Origin: Setoptus koraiensis
Taxonomy: Eukaryota > Animalia > Arthropoda
DNA: 64,000 bases
Direction: 5' to 3'
NCBI GenBank assembly: GCA_048013815.1
Contig: CM106585.1
Coordinates: forward strand, 19,840,001-19,904,000
The notes below the pieces were generated by a model that was not told the DNA's origin, did no database searches, and saw only the letters and a program-made list of their open reading frames with translations. A program made the translations under genes and the position numbers. The first letter of the stretch is position 1. Each line of letters opens with the position of its first letter. This document shows positions 47,636 through 60,136 of this stretch, in pieces.

Positions 47636-50600
47636 GTAATTACTAACAGACTGGCTACTCTTTTTTTGATTCATTAAACTAATCACTTTATAATTTGACA
47701 ATTGCATGGAATCAATCAGCACATCCACACGGCCACGTCCATTGTCGATAGTTGAATAAATATGACTTTTTTCTCTCCGCCCCATGTTCACTGAATACTG
47801 TTGTTCGAAGCAATGACCTCGTTATTGAGCATAGCGGCGAATTCGTCGTGGCCTCCTATTAATGATTGTTATTTCCAGCTGAACATTATCTAACTTGATA
47901 CCATTATGTATAGAATTGGTGCTATAAAATTGGCTGGATTGTTGCTAATGGAACTTGGCACGCACAATAGTTTGAATGGGGAGAAAATTTTTAATGTTAT
48001 TATTATCATCGTCGACGAGTGAGCTATTTTCAGACGGCTGAACTTTGGATACTTTGATCTTTCATGGAAGATTGACGATTTTCGATGGAAAGGAAATTTT
48101 TCGAGTGAAGCTAGCTTTCAGTTTTTCAGAAAATCTTTTTTCTAGGCATGTCAACACTGAAAAAGTGGAGAAATTCTCCCAGATTGCTGCATCTTTTATA
48201 AGTTTCTCAACTTTTGAAGCTTTCGACACAAGTGGCTTCGCCCTTCGGAGAGTAGCCACTTGTGTCATGACACCATGTGTGCTTCGCCTTGAAAAAAGAA
48301 ACAATTTTCGCTCACTTTTTTCGATACTTTTTGAACTATTATTTTTTTTTCCAAAATCACGTCAATGTTTTTCGGAGAACGTTCGGAGGAATCTTGAGAG
48401 TCGCTGAATTTCTCAGATTATTCGAGTCGCTTAAATCTTTAATTTAGGAGTTTTCGGTGGAGAAAAAAATGAACGGGTATCAGCTTGACTCTCCTTTTTT
48501 GACCTCAAAGATAATTAATATTTCTGAGCGCGGATCAGCGTATCCACAGGACTCTCCCTCCCTATAGAAGCTCACACTAAACTAAATAATCTGAAAAGCT
48601 GGTTGCGGTTCTATGTTCTGAACTATCTATTTAGCGCTCTCTTACTATATTTCGGATGACTCTTCTGGCACATATAAATTGTTAGCTCGCCTCGATAGAC
48701 ATCTCGACAATTTCCGGTGATGATAATGTGAAAATTGTTGACAGTCGCCGTGAGTATTGCATCAACGCTTGTGTTTAGACTGTTATTAGCATGTAATTTG
48801 CATGCGACAATGCGCGAATGCGGTCGCCCCCGCGCTGACGGCTCAATTTCGTGCACGAGTTCAGAGCAAAGAATGTTGTATTGTATTGCATAATGGCATC
48901 TAGCGCTTTGTTCGCATGGAAAATTTGCTTCGTGCGACATATATCATACAAAGAGAACCGAATCAATCAAATAACTCGATCATTGTGCGACTAACGCGGC
49001 GACAAGATGATTGAAAATATCTTGTGTCGCTGCTGGCTTGTGATTGTGAGGCCACGATGATTCAGTGAGAATCATCGGTCAAATAAGCAGTCAGACAAGC
49101 AGTCAAGTGAGTAGCGGTGTCGAGTGATCCTCACAAACAACCACACGTGCCAGATCAATTGAAGTGCTTCCTGAAAGTCTCAGATGGTAGCGAATTGTGG
49201 ATATATCGAATTCCATTGGCGGATTGGCAAATTCCGATGGCGCTACTTACAGGATTATCGGTGCCAGTCGAAAACGACAAACAAGACTATATGATGAGCT
49301 GGCTGGCCTCGTGTATAATAATGATGGTGCGTGGTTCATCTAATTGACGAGACTTGAAGTAACGGCACTTTCATCTGTGTAGCTGCACTTGCGATGCCAC
49401 TGATCAGGCCTCATCGTCGGCCATGCTATTTATAACACTGTACACAAGTTGTTTAGCTGGCGCTTCCGACGATTTGCTGGTACTCGTTAAAACTGATAAA
49501 CTCTCTGGGTGTTGCGCTCTGGTCAGTTTATATCACTGACATCACTGGTCGCCTTGTCGACTTGTGTGCAAATCAGTCGCGTAATAATAAAGTTTTGCTG
49601 GGGGCCCGTTATATTGACGTTATATTGCTCGTATCGAGTCGATCTGCGTCTCTGGTCTGAGCAGATTCGACCGAGCCACGCGAGCGAGGGGCCACCGAAG
49701 ATTTCGGCCAGATAATGCGTGCGTTTTTCGCTCTGCGCCGCTGTATTTATTATGTATTTTATTTCCGAAAATCTCTTCTCTTTTTTTTTTCGCTGGCGCA
49801 ATGATTTTTATGTGTGTTGAACGCTAATGGCAATTTTTCGCGCTCGCACCAATTGCACTTTTGTAGCTTTGTTGGCGCTGTGGCCGCTTGTCGAGTGTTA
49901 ATTTGCTTGTCTCGTTTCGTTATCTCTATCTCTAGACTGGTTTGATTCGCTTGCTCCATTTATTCACTTGTTTGCTGGTGACGGAGGCGGCGGTGTAGCT
50001 GGCACAAATTCATTTGATTATCTGCATTTGGTGGGTGCTAGCCAACTCAACTCTAGCGTGGCTGGCCTCATTGTGGGCGCTGGCCTGCTCGGTTTTGCCG
50101 GCACTGTGCGTTGCATTTTGGGGCTCGCCGGCTGGCAGTCGGCTGATCCGAGGAGTTGCGCGCCATCTCATACGCGCTGTGAGTGTGCGTGCGCGCCCCC
50201 TCCGAGAATATAATGTAATTTCGATCCGTTCACGAAACCGTTCCAACAAACAAAACTTTTGTGCTAACCTCATGCAAACAGAATCGGGCCCCAGTCTATG
50301 GTTGAACGCGGGCACTTTGTCGCCGAAACAGCCTGCCAGCGCTCGAACGAACGCGGAACCGAATTCATCCGAGCCGCGCTGAGACGATTCGACTTTAGAC
50401 TTTAACCGTTCGAGTCGAACGGTTCGAGGCAACCCGAGTCGCGCCAAAGCAAACAGTCGGCGAGGTGACTATTTGTGTTTGCGCTCGCTGTTGAGAGCGC
50501 CACGAGAGTGTCGTTGCGGCGCCCCGCTCGCCGTTATTTGTGCTGATGAGCTGACGCGAGTCATGCACCGGTCACGGGGGACGAAATTGAGGCCCGCCAA

Positions 50601-51775
50601 GCGGTGTTAAACTGTTGCGGGCGAATTTAATTTGTTTGCCGATTGGGGGCACGCTTGAGACTTGAGACGGCGCTGTTAGAACACAATTGGCAGTTTACGC
50701 CGCGCGCCAAACAACAATTGGCCCCACACACAGCATGTGGAGTGGAGAGTCTAGAGGCCGCAAACAACTAACCTAAACGCATATTGTAATGATCGTCGAT
50801 TTTGTCTGGGTGTGTGTCGCCGCCTTGCCAAGTACCTTTCGAGGGGGCCCCAGTATCTACTTAAGTTAAACGGAGGAAAGTTAAACTGTCCACTCGTCTG
50901 ATTAATCTGGCCGGCTGGCCAGCCTGCCAGTCAGGCCGCCAGTTGGCGTCATTAATCTGTCTCCTTGGCTGGCTGGCTGGCTGGCTGGCGGGCCGCTAAT
51001 GAGCCCGCCAGACACACACTGACACATCGCCGGCCGGGCATAATGGGGCCCGATTGGGTGCAGCGCCGTTATCTGGCGGTCGTATCAGCGCAAACAAGTG
51101 TTGTACACACAACCGAGCTAATGTTACATGGCGCGATACAAGGGCGCTGATATGGCCGTGATACAAGTTATTATATAACTTGCGACGCTCGCTTGTTGCG
51201 AGTTGCATGGGGGCGCTGGGCCAATTGGCGCCCTACGAAAGACGCACGGCAGACAAATTGGCCGACGCAGACACTAACATGTGTTGTGCGTATATAATAA
51301 TTACATAACTGGGCCGCTATTGTGCCCGCGCCGTTATATCATAGCACTCATATGAGCAATTTCACTCACTATTCAGCATTTCGATTGCGAGTGCCGGGCG
51401 CCAGGTGAGCCACGTCTTGGCGATATCATCACGTGCTGCAGCGGCTAATGTGAGCGAGGTGTACATCACTAGTCCATTATGATCACCATTAATTGTTGTT
51501 ATTGTCCGACGCGCGGCGCCATTGTGGTGGCTCGTTGTGGAGTGTTTGTGTGTGTGTGTCGCCGCAAACTAACTGCCAGTCACTCGCTAAATAAGTTACA
51601 AAAGCCAGTTGTGATGTAATAATCGTAATTTGTTGTTGTTACCTGTGTGTTATGCTGCAACTGTGTTGTAGTTTTGCCCAGGTAAGTGTCAGCGGCAGCA
51701 GCTCGATGCAAATGGCAGATAGAGATGCCATTGGCCGCAATGTTTGTAGCCGTTTGAGGCCCCCCGACTCAGAAG

Positions 51776-51815
51776 TTGTGAGGCCTTGTGAGGCCTTGTG
51801 AGGCCTTGCGAGGCC
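51776..51815. repeat. 10-bp tandem repeat TTGTGAGGCC x4
   Basis: Seen directly in the sequence. Confidence 0.9.
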
Positions 51816-52151
51816 GTTTGTGGCGCCACAAGCGGCCACTTGACTCGGCTCGCAAGTCCGCATGTGTTGGCAACTGCGTTTAATCAAGAAAAACATCATC
51901 ATGTGACACGCGACACCCGAGATTGGCTGACATTGAGAGCCGCTTGTGCCGCCAGACAAGCTTGCATTGGGTGTCTCTGCCAGCCAATGCAAGCCGATTC
52001 GGCCAGCGCGGGGCCCCAGCTAATGACGCAACATAAATAACCACCGCAAGCAGTTAAGTTGAGCATCAAGCCCGCGCGCTGTGTCAGCAGCGGTCGTCCG
52101 CTGCCAGTGCCAAACTAACATTTGCGCCCCTAAACACACATCTCTACCTCT

Positions 52152-52196
52152 ACCTTTTATACCTTTTATACCTTTTATACCTTTCATACCTTTCAT
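52152..52196. repeat. 9-bp tandem repeat ACCTTT(T/C)AT x5
   Basis: Seen directly in the sequence. Confidence 0.9.
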
Positions 52197-55100
52197 ATAT
52201 GCGCATTCGAGACACCGCCGATATGTCGCGAGATGCATCGCGCCAAAGTGCCCAGCACCCCCTTATTGCCTAGCTTACCTTTTGCTTTCAACTCTGTCCG
52301 CTGTCCGCGCTGCCGCTCACGGCTCACAAAATGTGACTCGCAACAACATGACACTTGAGCTATTGTAGTCGGGCCCACCCCCGGACCCGTGGGCCCCATC
52401 GCGGCCGTTTGCGCGGTCCGGTCGGTCTCGAGTTTGCAGCTTGTCGTGTGAGCTCGCAGCTCGTCCGGTCGGCCGAATTGCGACGCGGTGACGGCCCGCG
52501 CGCGCATTTCACTCCAACGGCGACGAACATCACCAAAATCGCCACCAGCGTCCGCCCCCACCGACCACACACACGCACACACACACGCACACACACAACA
52601 TTGTTTGCACAAAGGAGGGGCGGAACTGGGCCCGGGCGAGCCGGTGGCTTCATTTGGGGGTCGTCGACATTGATGCCCGAGCCACCAAGATGATCTATTG
52701 CGGGCCGCAACGACGCGCGCCGCACGCCACACAACAAATCAAATGGCGCGGTCCCCGCGGACCGGGCCACGGGCCTGACATGGGGCCTCGCGCGCGCGCC
52801 CCATTTTACTCATTTCACCTGACGAGAGGCGTCAATTTGTCTGCCAGCCGCGTCGTTTGTTGTCGTTTGTCGGCGAACCGGGTCGCTTGGCCTCTCGCGG
52901 CGCCCCTGCCCGGCAGCGCCCCTACCTCGCAGCGCCCCTGCAGATGTACAATAGTGAGCGAGAGGGGGGGTTCTCACGGTGCAATAATAAATTATTATAT
53001 TGGCATTGTTTGTTTTTGCGGCGCCGCCAACCGGTAGAAAAACAAACCGATGGCACGAAATCGCTAACAACCCACGAATCGACCGAACCGTCGCGCAACC
53101 ATTCGAAGCGTCGCGCAAACGATCGAAACTCCATGACTGTCCGCCAGTTATCCAGTCGTCGAATTGTGTTGCTCGATCGTTGCGAGCAACACAATTGCAG
53201 AAAAATAGTTTTCCAGTGCAAAACATGAAAAATGAGCAGCGATGGCGAAATTGCGTATCAATACAAAATGAGTAGATATGAATTGAGCGCCGGCAATGAA
53301 TACCAACTTGGCATTAGCGAGATGCTCGCCGCTTTTATTGTGTCGATACCGAACTTACATAATAATACTTATATAATAATGCGAATGTCACATTATTGCA
53401 TTATACACTATTATACAACAGTGACGTTTATATTGACTCACAGACCCTTGTCCGAAATTTTGGCCCATTACGCCGACAACAACAACGGTGTCCAGTTGTT
53501 CGATCGCCGGCTCGATCGGTCGATGCAAACAATGTTGGCTGGTGAGATAAGAAGACGAAGAAGAATCAAATATCGCCAAATAATTTCGTCATTACCAGCT
53601 ACTCACTACAACTAACGCTATAATAGCTGAACGTTGCTATTGCGTCATCAATAGTTGCAGCGATTGGTCGAGAGTAGCAACTTGCTGTAATGCTGTGCAT
53701 TTCCCATACACCAGCTTGCGGTCAATCAAATTGGTGGCTAGATCTGGCAAGCTAGCTGTTTCGGGCTTGGCCAGTGCAACGGGGGCCTTGTTTGGTAGCG
53801 GAGATGGTATCTCTCGGTGATGGATAGCGCTGTTAACGACAGCAAATAAATATTGTTGTCTCTCTGTTGTTGCTGTTGTTGCTGTTGTTGTTGTTGCTGT
53901 TGTTGCCGCTGTTGTTGTTGTTGTTGTTATTGCTGTGTTACGTAATAACATTGTTATAACCGCCAATTGTGTATGTATGTACATTTTGGGCAACACACAC
54001 ACACACACACTTGCACGCGATTACACCATCGCGCCACACCAATAAAGCTGTAGCTTTAAATCAAACTGGCGGCCCGCCGGTGCGCCCTCTTAGCGGCCCG
54101 CCGGTCAGACATCCGCCGGTCGGACATCCGCCCGTCGCCAGCACAAACCACAAAATCTGCCCGCACACGCCTTCCGGTCGGCCGGTTCACCCGGCCACGA
54201 CACACCTCCAACTTCCTGGCCGACCTGGCCGATTGCGACTGGCGTCGTGTGGCTCGACCTTGCGAGCAACGCTCACGCTCTCGGGGCCAGACAACACGAG
54301 CTGTACAAACAATTCAAGGTGGATCGGGTTAATCGGGCACCTCGAAGGGCCCGCGGCTGTCCCGCTGACCGAGCCTCCCGCTTGCGCCCCCATCCGGTTG
54401 CTGGATTCGCGTCGCCGGCCTGCGTTATAAAAGGAAAAAAGCACACATTCAGTCAATACTCACAGCCAGTGGCGTAATCACCGTCATCATCAATCACCGG
54501 CCAACTTGTGATTTATTGGCCTCATAAATTCATCATAATAGCCGCCAGTGGGCTCAAGTTTCCCAATTGCTGCCACTAACTGTTACACTCCGACGCATAT
54601 TACACACATCGGCGCCAGTCGCCGACAGCAAGCGCGTCTCGTCGTGCTCGATCCGAGTCACATGATACGCGCAATCACATCGGCCGCTTGACGATCGGCC
54701 GCTGGCGAGCTCAGGTCAGACGGCGGCCGATTTCGCGAGATATAGATTGATTTGGCGAGATTCGCCGGCGCTGATTGCAACCCCCAATTCGATCAACAAC
54801 AGACCAGACAAACGACGCCGACTGCCGTTGGCGGGCGGAAGGGGCGCTGGCAGCGTTAATTAGCTATTCAGTGATTCAATTAGCGGCGTTCATTACGCGC
54901 AAACATATGCAATCAGACACAATAAATCTTTTGTGCAACAGAGGCCCGCCGCAACGACTCGCGCCGGCTCCGGGGTCGCGTCCGAACGTGAAAGGGGGCC
55001 ACAGCGACGGCCACCGGTCTGTTGCGGCTTCGACGCGGGCCCCGTCGGTGGACCGCTCGTCGAGCCATTTTTTTCGTCTTCTTTTTGTTTACATCGTGTT

Positions 55101-58100
55101 CTTCGGGGCGATTTCTTTGGCGCACCGAAGAAATTTCTTTGGCACAGCGTGCCGAAGACCGGCACGCTGTGCGCCGTTTTGCGAGCCACTGCGCCGGCTC
55201 GCAAAAATTACACAACTGGCAATCGGCAATTTCAATTGAACAATTAGAAAGGCACACACACAATTAGACAATGGCCCCCAGACGACGACGCCGACGCCGA
55301 CTTATCGGCGGCGATATTATCGACATGTGGGCCACGTCGCGGGCGTGGGCGGCCTCGGCAAGCGCTCGGGGCGCCGTTTCTGGGCGCAGCCGGCCAGGGC
55401 CCCAGGTTCGGCGAGCTGGATTTTGTGTGCCATTGTGTCAGCTATTTGACAGCGGCCAGACAGGCCAACAAAATTTATTGTGCGCCCCTTGTTGGCCTGG
55501 GCACGCGCGGGCCTAGGCCAACAAGACGCCGGAGCGGACCTAGGCGCGCACCAGCGCCTAGGTCCGTTCGCGCACTTCCACCATCGGCCGCATACTGTCT
55601 AATTTGCTCTGGCGCTGCTCTTGCTCGCTGCTATGTGGCGTGTGCGTGTTTGCGCCGACACAATGGCGGCCGGTTAATATCGATTATTTACATTTCAATT
55701 TAGCCCTGGCCGGCCAATGAATTAGCCGCGAACGGGTCCCATCTTTCGGCCGACATATTTCCTCTCGGGCCGACATATTTTCTCTCGGGCCCGCATCGGC
55801 TCGCGCACTGTCTCTCTAACTTGTATCATGCGGGTTGTCTGTCTCCAACAATCATCGGCAATCATCCTGCAGGATCCAGATTAAATTGGCGCCTGTCACT
55901 CGTTGCATTGACCGTTCACTACGTTTCTGCTAATAATATTAATTCTCAACTGCAACCTCTCGCCGCGCGCTCAACCTGTCCTGCCAATTGGCAGGGTCTG
56001 TCCGAACGGGGCCCCATTGGCCAATCTGGCTCACTGGCCGCCAGACACATTTGCCTGGCGCAAAGGCCGTTGCGGCCGTGTCTAGTTAGCGGCACACCAA
56101 TAAAAAGGGCGAGCGAGATGTTTTTAGTGGGGCGCCGAGACGCGCGCGCGTGATCCAATTTCTAGGCCCATTTCACACACAACACTCTTGTGTCCGTGGT
56201 GGTGTTCGGTTTGTTATATTCTATCAACTCGTGCAGTGTATCCCAATTGATTTGGCCGGCACTCAGAAAACTTTTTCTCTTTCCTCTCCATTTGCTGTTG
56301 TGTGTTTCCTGGTTTCGTTTGACCCTATAGCCGTCGACAGACTGCAACTTACAGTGCAGCGGCCGCCAACAAAAATGAGCGGCCAGCCGAACTCTTGGAA
56401 ATCTTGGAAATCTTCGAGTCGCCCCACAAAACCATCACAAAACCACTATCGACCATTTTTAGCATAGAGCGCAAACCTGAGCCAGACAGCCAGCGCAGTG
56501 GACAGAAAAACTCAAGACTCATGGATAGAATCGTTTCTTTCGCGTGTTTTATCCTTCATTTGTGGCCATAATGACTTTTTTCTATTTTCAGTTATTTTCA
56601 CATGCGCACCCACGATAGTGAAACTATGCCTACGTGCATTGGTTTGGCGCCACAACCAGTGCGCCGATTGATTTTATAGGAACCATTAGCGATGATGTCA
56701 CATCATCAATAAGGCGCAAAAGTGAGATCTGTCTCGTTAACTGACCAACCATACATACACGTGAGACACGCGATTGGACGGAATTCGGCCAAGGATTCGC
56801 CGGATTGGTTTTGGTTTGGTTGTTGACTGTTCTCCGAATAAGCAGAGTGAAAAGAATCACTTGAAGCCATTTTCTTTTCGCCGGGCCATCTTGATATTGT
56901 TTGAGCCGGCACTGTCTGGTTATTATGATAAATGATTGGCAGGCGCAATTATTTCGCTAGCTGTCACAGCAACACTTGCACTCTCGTCCCACCGATTTCC
57001 GACCTTCCTGTCACCACGATATTGGCATTCGGTTGGCATCCAACACTGCGGCTGTTTATATTTTATCTGGGACAAATCTTCCAGTCCATAAGACGGGTCA
57101 CCAGCGCCGAGATCGACAGCTTCATTGAGGCGGCACTATTTGTCCGTGGAAGTCTTTTTTCCGACTCGGAAAAATTCGTTCGCCAAATTGTCGCTCTCTA
57201 TTTTGCGTATTGCAACAACCCACGACAAGCGAGTCGCCTGTGACTGCTTATCGTGCCTGTCCTATCAGCATCTCTGGCGATTTCTCCATAGTGAGCTGCC
57301 GTAAATTCTCGCCAAGCACCGCGCTTTCAGAGGCCATGGCGCAAGGAGAAAACTCGTGCTTGTTTCAGCGAATTTCGCCGCTCTATTTCGCCAACAAAAG
57401 AAAAATATGAGCCAAACTCGAGTTGGCGAATCTCATTAATTATCCATTTTTGTCAAACATCTCCGTCGCCGTATCTCGTTTGTTTATACGTATTCGGACA
57501 AATGGATATTGCCTGCTGTTCACACTATCCGTGCCGATTATCATGGCCTTTACACCTGTACTACGTGCCACTGTCGTCATCGCTTGTGGCGTGGCATCGC
57601 GTCGCCCCACAACTACTTGTGGGGGCCCAAATAAATAGTTAACTGGGCCCAAATAAAAGGGGCCCCACTAATCCGACATCGTGGGCACGTGCATGTTCTG
57701 TTGGCGATGCCGGTGACACTTATTGTCGTCATTCTTTCTCGAGTCTCGAAGTCTTTTGATAAACTTCTTTTTGTACATTATTTATATTCGTGTGTATGGC
57801 AAGTTGTTTCAATGTAGCACAATGTAGCAGCGACCTTCAGCGACAATCAATCATCGCAGTGCGAGTATGCACTTGCCACTTGCCAGCTCTTGAGAAAGTT
57901 TCGCCGAATTGGTTTGGCCCATGCCGAACAACAGAAGAAAAATTATAATAACTGAACGGGGGGGAGATCGGATGCGAAATAACGCGGAATAATAATTTTC
58001 TCATTTACATCCCGTTTGTGTCTCTGTCACGTTCGCTCGCTCCGTTATTTAACCATTATTGCATGTGTGCAGACGATAAAAAATGAGCATCGCCAGGCGA

Positions 58101-60033
58101 CGACTGACCATGAGCTGCATGAAAAAAAAAGGCACGAGGTATCAACGGCACCGAAACAGCGTCTGTATCATTATCATTATTTCTTTTATTTCTAGCTCAA
58201 AATGCACGAAGAAAAAAAACTGGACCCGCTTTGGCTGACGCTTTTCGAAAAGCCTCGCAAAACTCACGAAAATTCTTTTTCGCCAACTTCTTTTTGGTGC
58301 ACCAGTGCCCACTAACAAGACTTGAGATGCCTCGGGCTGACTTGAGCCGTTTGCCTGCTTTCCTTCCGGGCGACAGTGATTTTTTCTCTTCGGTCTGTGT
58401 GTGTGTGTGACGCGCAACACAACGAACGTGCCTCTGGCCCAAATATCGTCGTAGGCACGACATTTGGCCCGACGAGATCCCCTTTGGCCGATAGAGCTGG
58501 CCTCTTTTGCTGTATTTACCTCTCGACTCGACAGTCTCGAGGCTTAAATTTATGTAAAGTCACGCCACTGTTTGAATTGTCAACTTTATAACGGTCAAAC
58601 CGGCAACCGGGTCGCCTTGTCGCCGGGCGATTGTTTGCGTGCGCATCGAGCCAGCCGGCCGGCTATCCCAGATAGACTGATATCCGAGCGGCTCGCAAGC
58701 GTAGGCGCCCTTGTCGGGGGTGTCTCTAGGATAGGGAAAGTGTCACGATGGGGGCCGGTCATGCCGACATGGGCCCAACCGATATCAATGGCAAGTGCGG
58801 CGGCGGCAGTGACGGCAGTGACGGCAGCAAACCAATCAAGCATAATGAGAGCTACTTGTCTCCATCAAAATCCGCTCTTCTCGTTGGGAACCGTCGTGCA
58901 TTTTGGCCCACAACACACGACGGGCCCACAACTTGTGGGCCCGTTAGTTTGCTCGTATTCGCTCGCTCGGCCAATGATTGTTTTTTATTGTTTGTCGTGC
59001 AGCCTCCTCTGTCCGATTCATTGATCCAACAAGCAGCGAATCTAATCCAATTGCGATTGTCCGATTGTCGAGCCACAATGCAGCGTCCACTAAACACCGG
59101 CCAGCCTAAACACTATGCAACCGAGCGCGCTTGCACGACCTTGCACGAACAGAGAGCCAAAAGTGCTTTTGGGTGCCCGAAAAACCACCTTTCGTCTGCG
59201 CCCACGTTTTGGGGCCCCAGCGATCCGTGGCTCCCGAAAAACAACTAATATCAGATGCCGGCACTGGCTGAAGTTGGGCTAGGGTCATTTATTACTTTGT
59301 TGCATTGGGCCGTCACGGTTGCTGCAACGGTGAGCAGGCCGGCTTACGCTTATCGCGCTTGCTTTTTCTCGAAATCGCTCTTGGCTCGCTTTTGTGCACC
59401 GTCAACGGGCGCTTATGGAGCCCCCGCCCACGAGTTTAAACGGGATTTGTTGTGCAAAGTTTAGACTGGATTGGTTGGCAGACGGGATTTTCAGTTGGCG
59501 GCAGTTCGGCCGAATGGCGCTGTTTCAAGTGAGCGTTGGCCACTTTTTCTAAAGTCAAAAATCGGTTTAGTTGTGCGCTCAATAATTGAATCGGTGAACG
59601 GCTTTGTCGCTGCTTTATTAGTCCGCTGTCTACTCGGTTTCGGTCGGCCGCGGGCTTGACCGTCCGGCACCGACTGACCGTTATCAAACGGGCAACAATG
59701 TCAACAATGTCGGGCTGGCTAGCCGAGGCTGAGCCGACAATTACATGGATAGATGTCGCTCTACAATTTGGTGCAATTTTTCAGCCTAGATTCGTCCATT
59801 TCAGTTGGTCGCTCGATTTCTTTTTCTTGCGACCATTTGCGGTTAAGTGGCGCCACGGTAATGTAATTGCATTATAATAGTTTCTCTATTACATAAGACA
59901 TCAGCGGACATTGTTGGCATCAACAAGCTACAGCGACAGACAGTCGGTGAGCGAGCGAGCGATCGTCGGACACAAACGATGGCCCAAATGACGCCAGCCG
60001 AGATGCTGCCGCTCTGGCTCGGCTCGCCTGGCT

Positions 60034-60136
60034 GGGGCCCCAGCACAGGGGCCCAACATAGAGGCCCAACATAGAGGCCCAACACAGAGGCCCAACACGG
60101 GGGCCCGACACAGAGGCCCAACACGGGGGCCCGACA
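60034..60136. repeat. 13-bp tandem repeat G(A/G)GGCCC(A/G)ACA(T/C)(A/G), about 8 copies
   Basis: Seen directly in the sequence. Confidence 0.95.

Noticed and set aside
48019-48575. GTGAGCT...AGCTCAC as MITE terminal inverted repeats
   Set aside because: Only 7 bp match and there is no target-site duplication.
50380-50445. GGTTCGA as a tRNA T-loop
   Set aside because: No cloverleaf, acceptor stem or A-box can be built; the motif is part of a DNA palindrome.
55512-55569. Hairpin plus CTAG as a Helitron 3' end on the minus strand
   Set aside because: CTAG is followed by G rather than T, and no matching 5' TC end or Rep/helicase remnants are seen.
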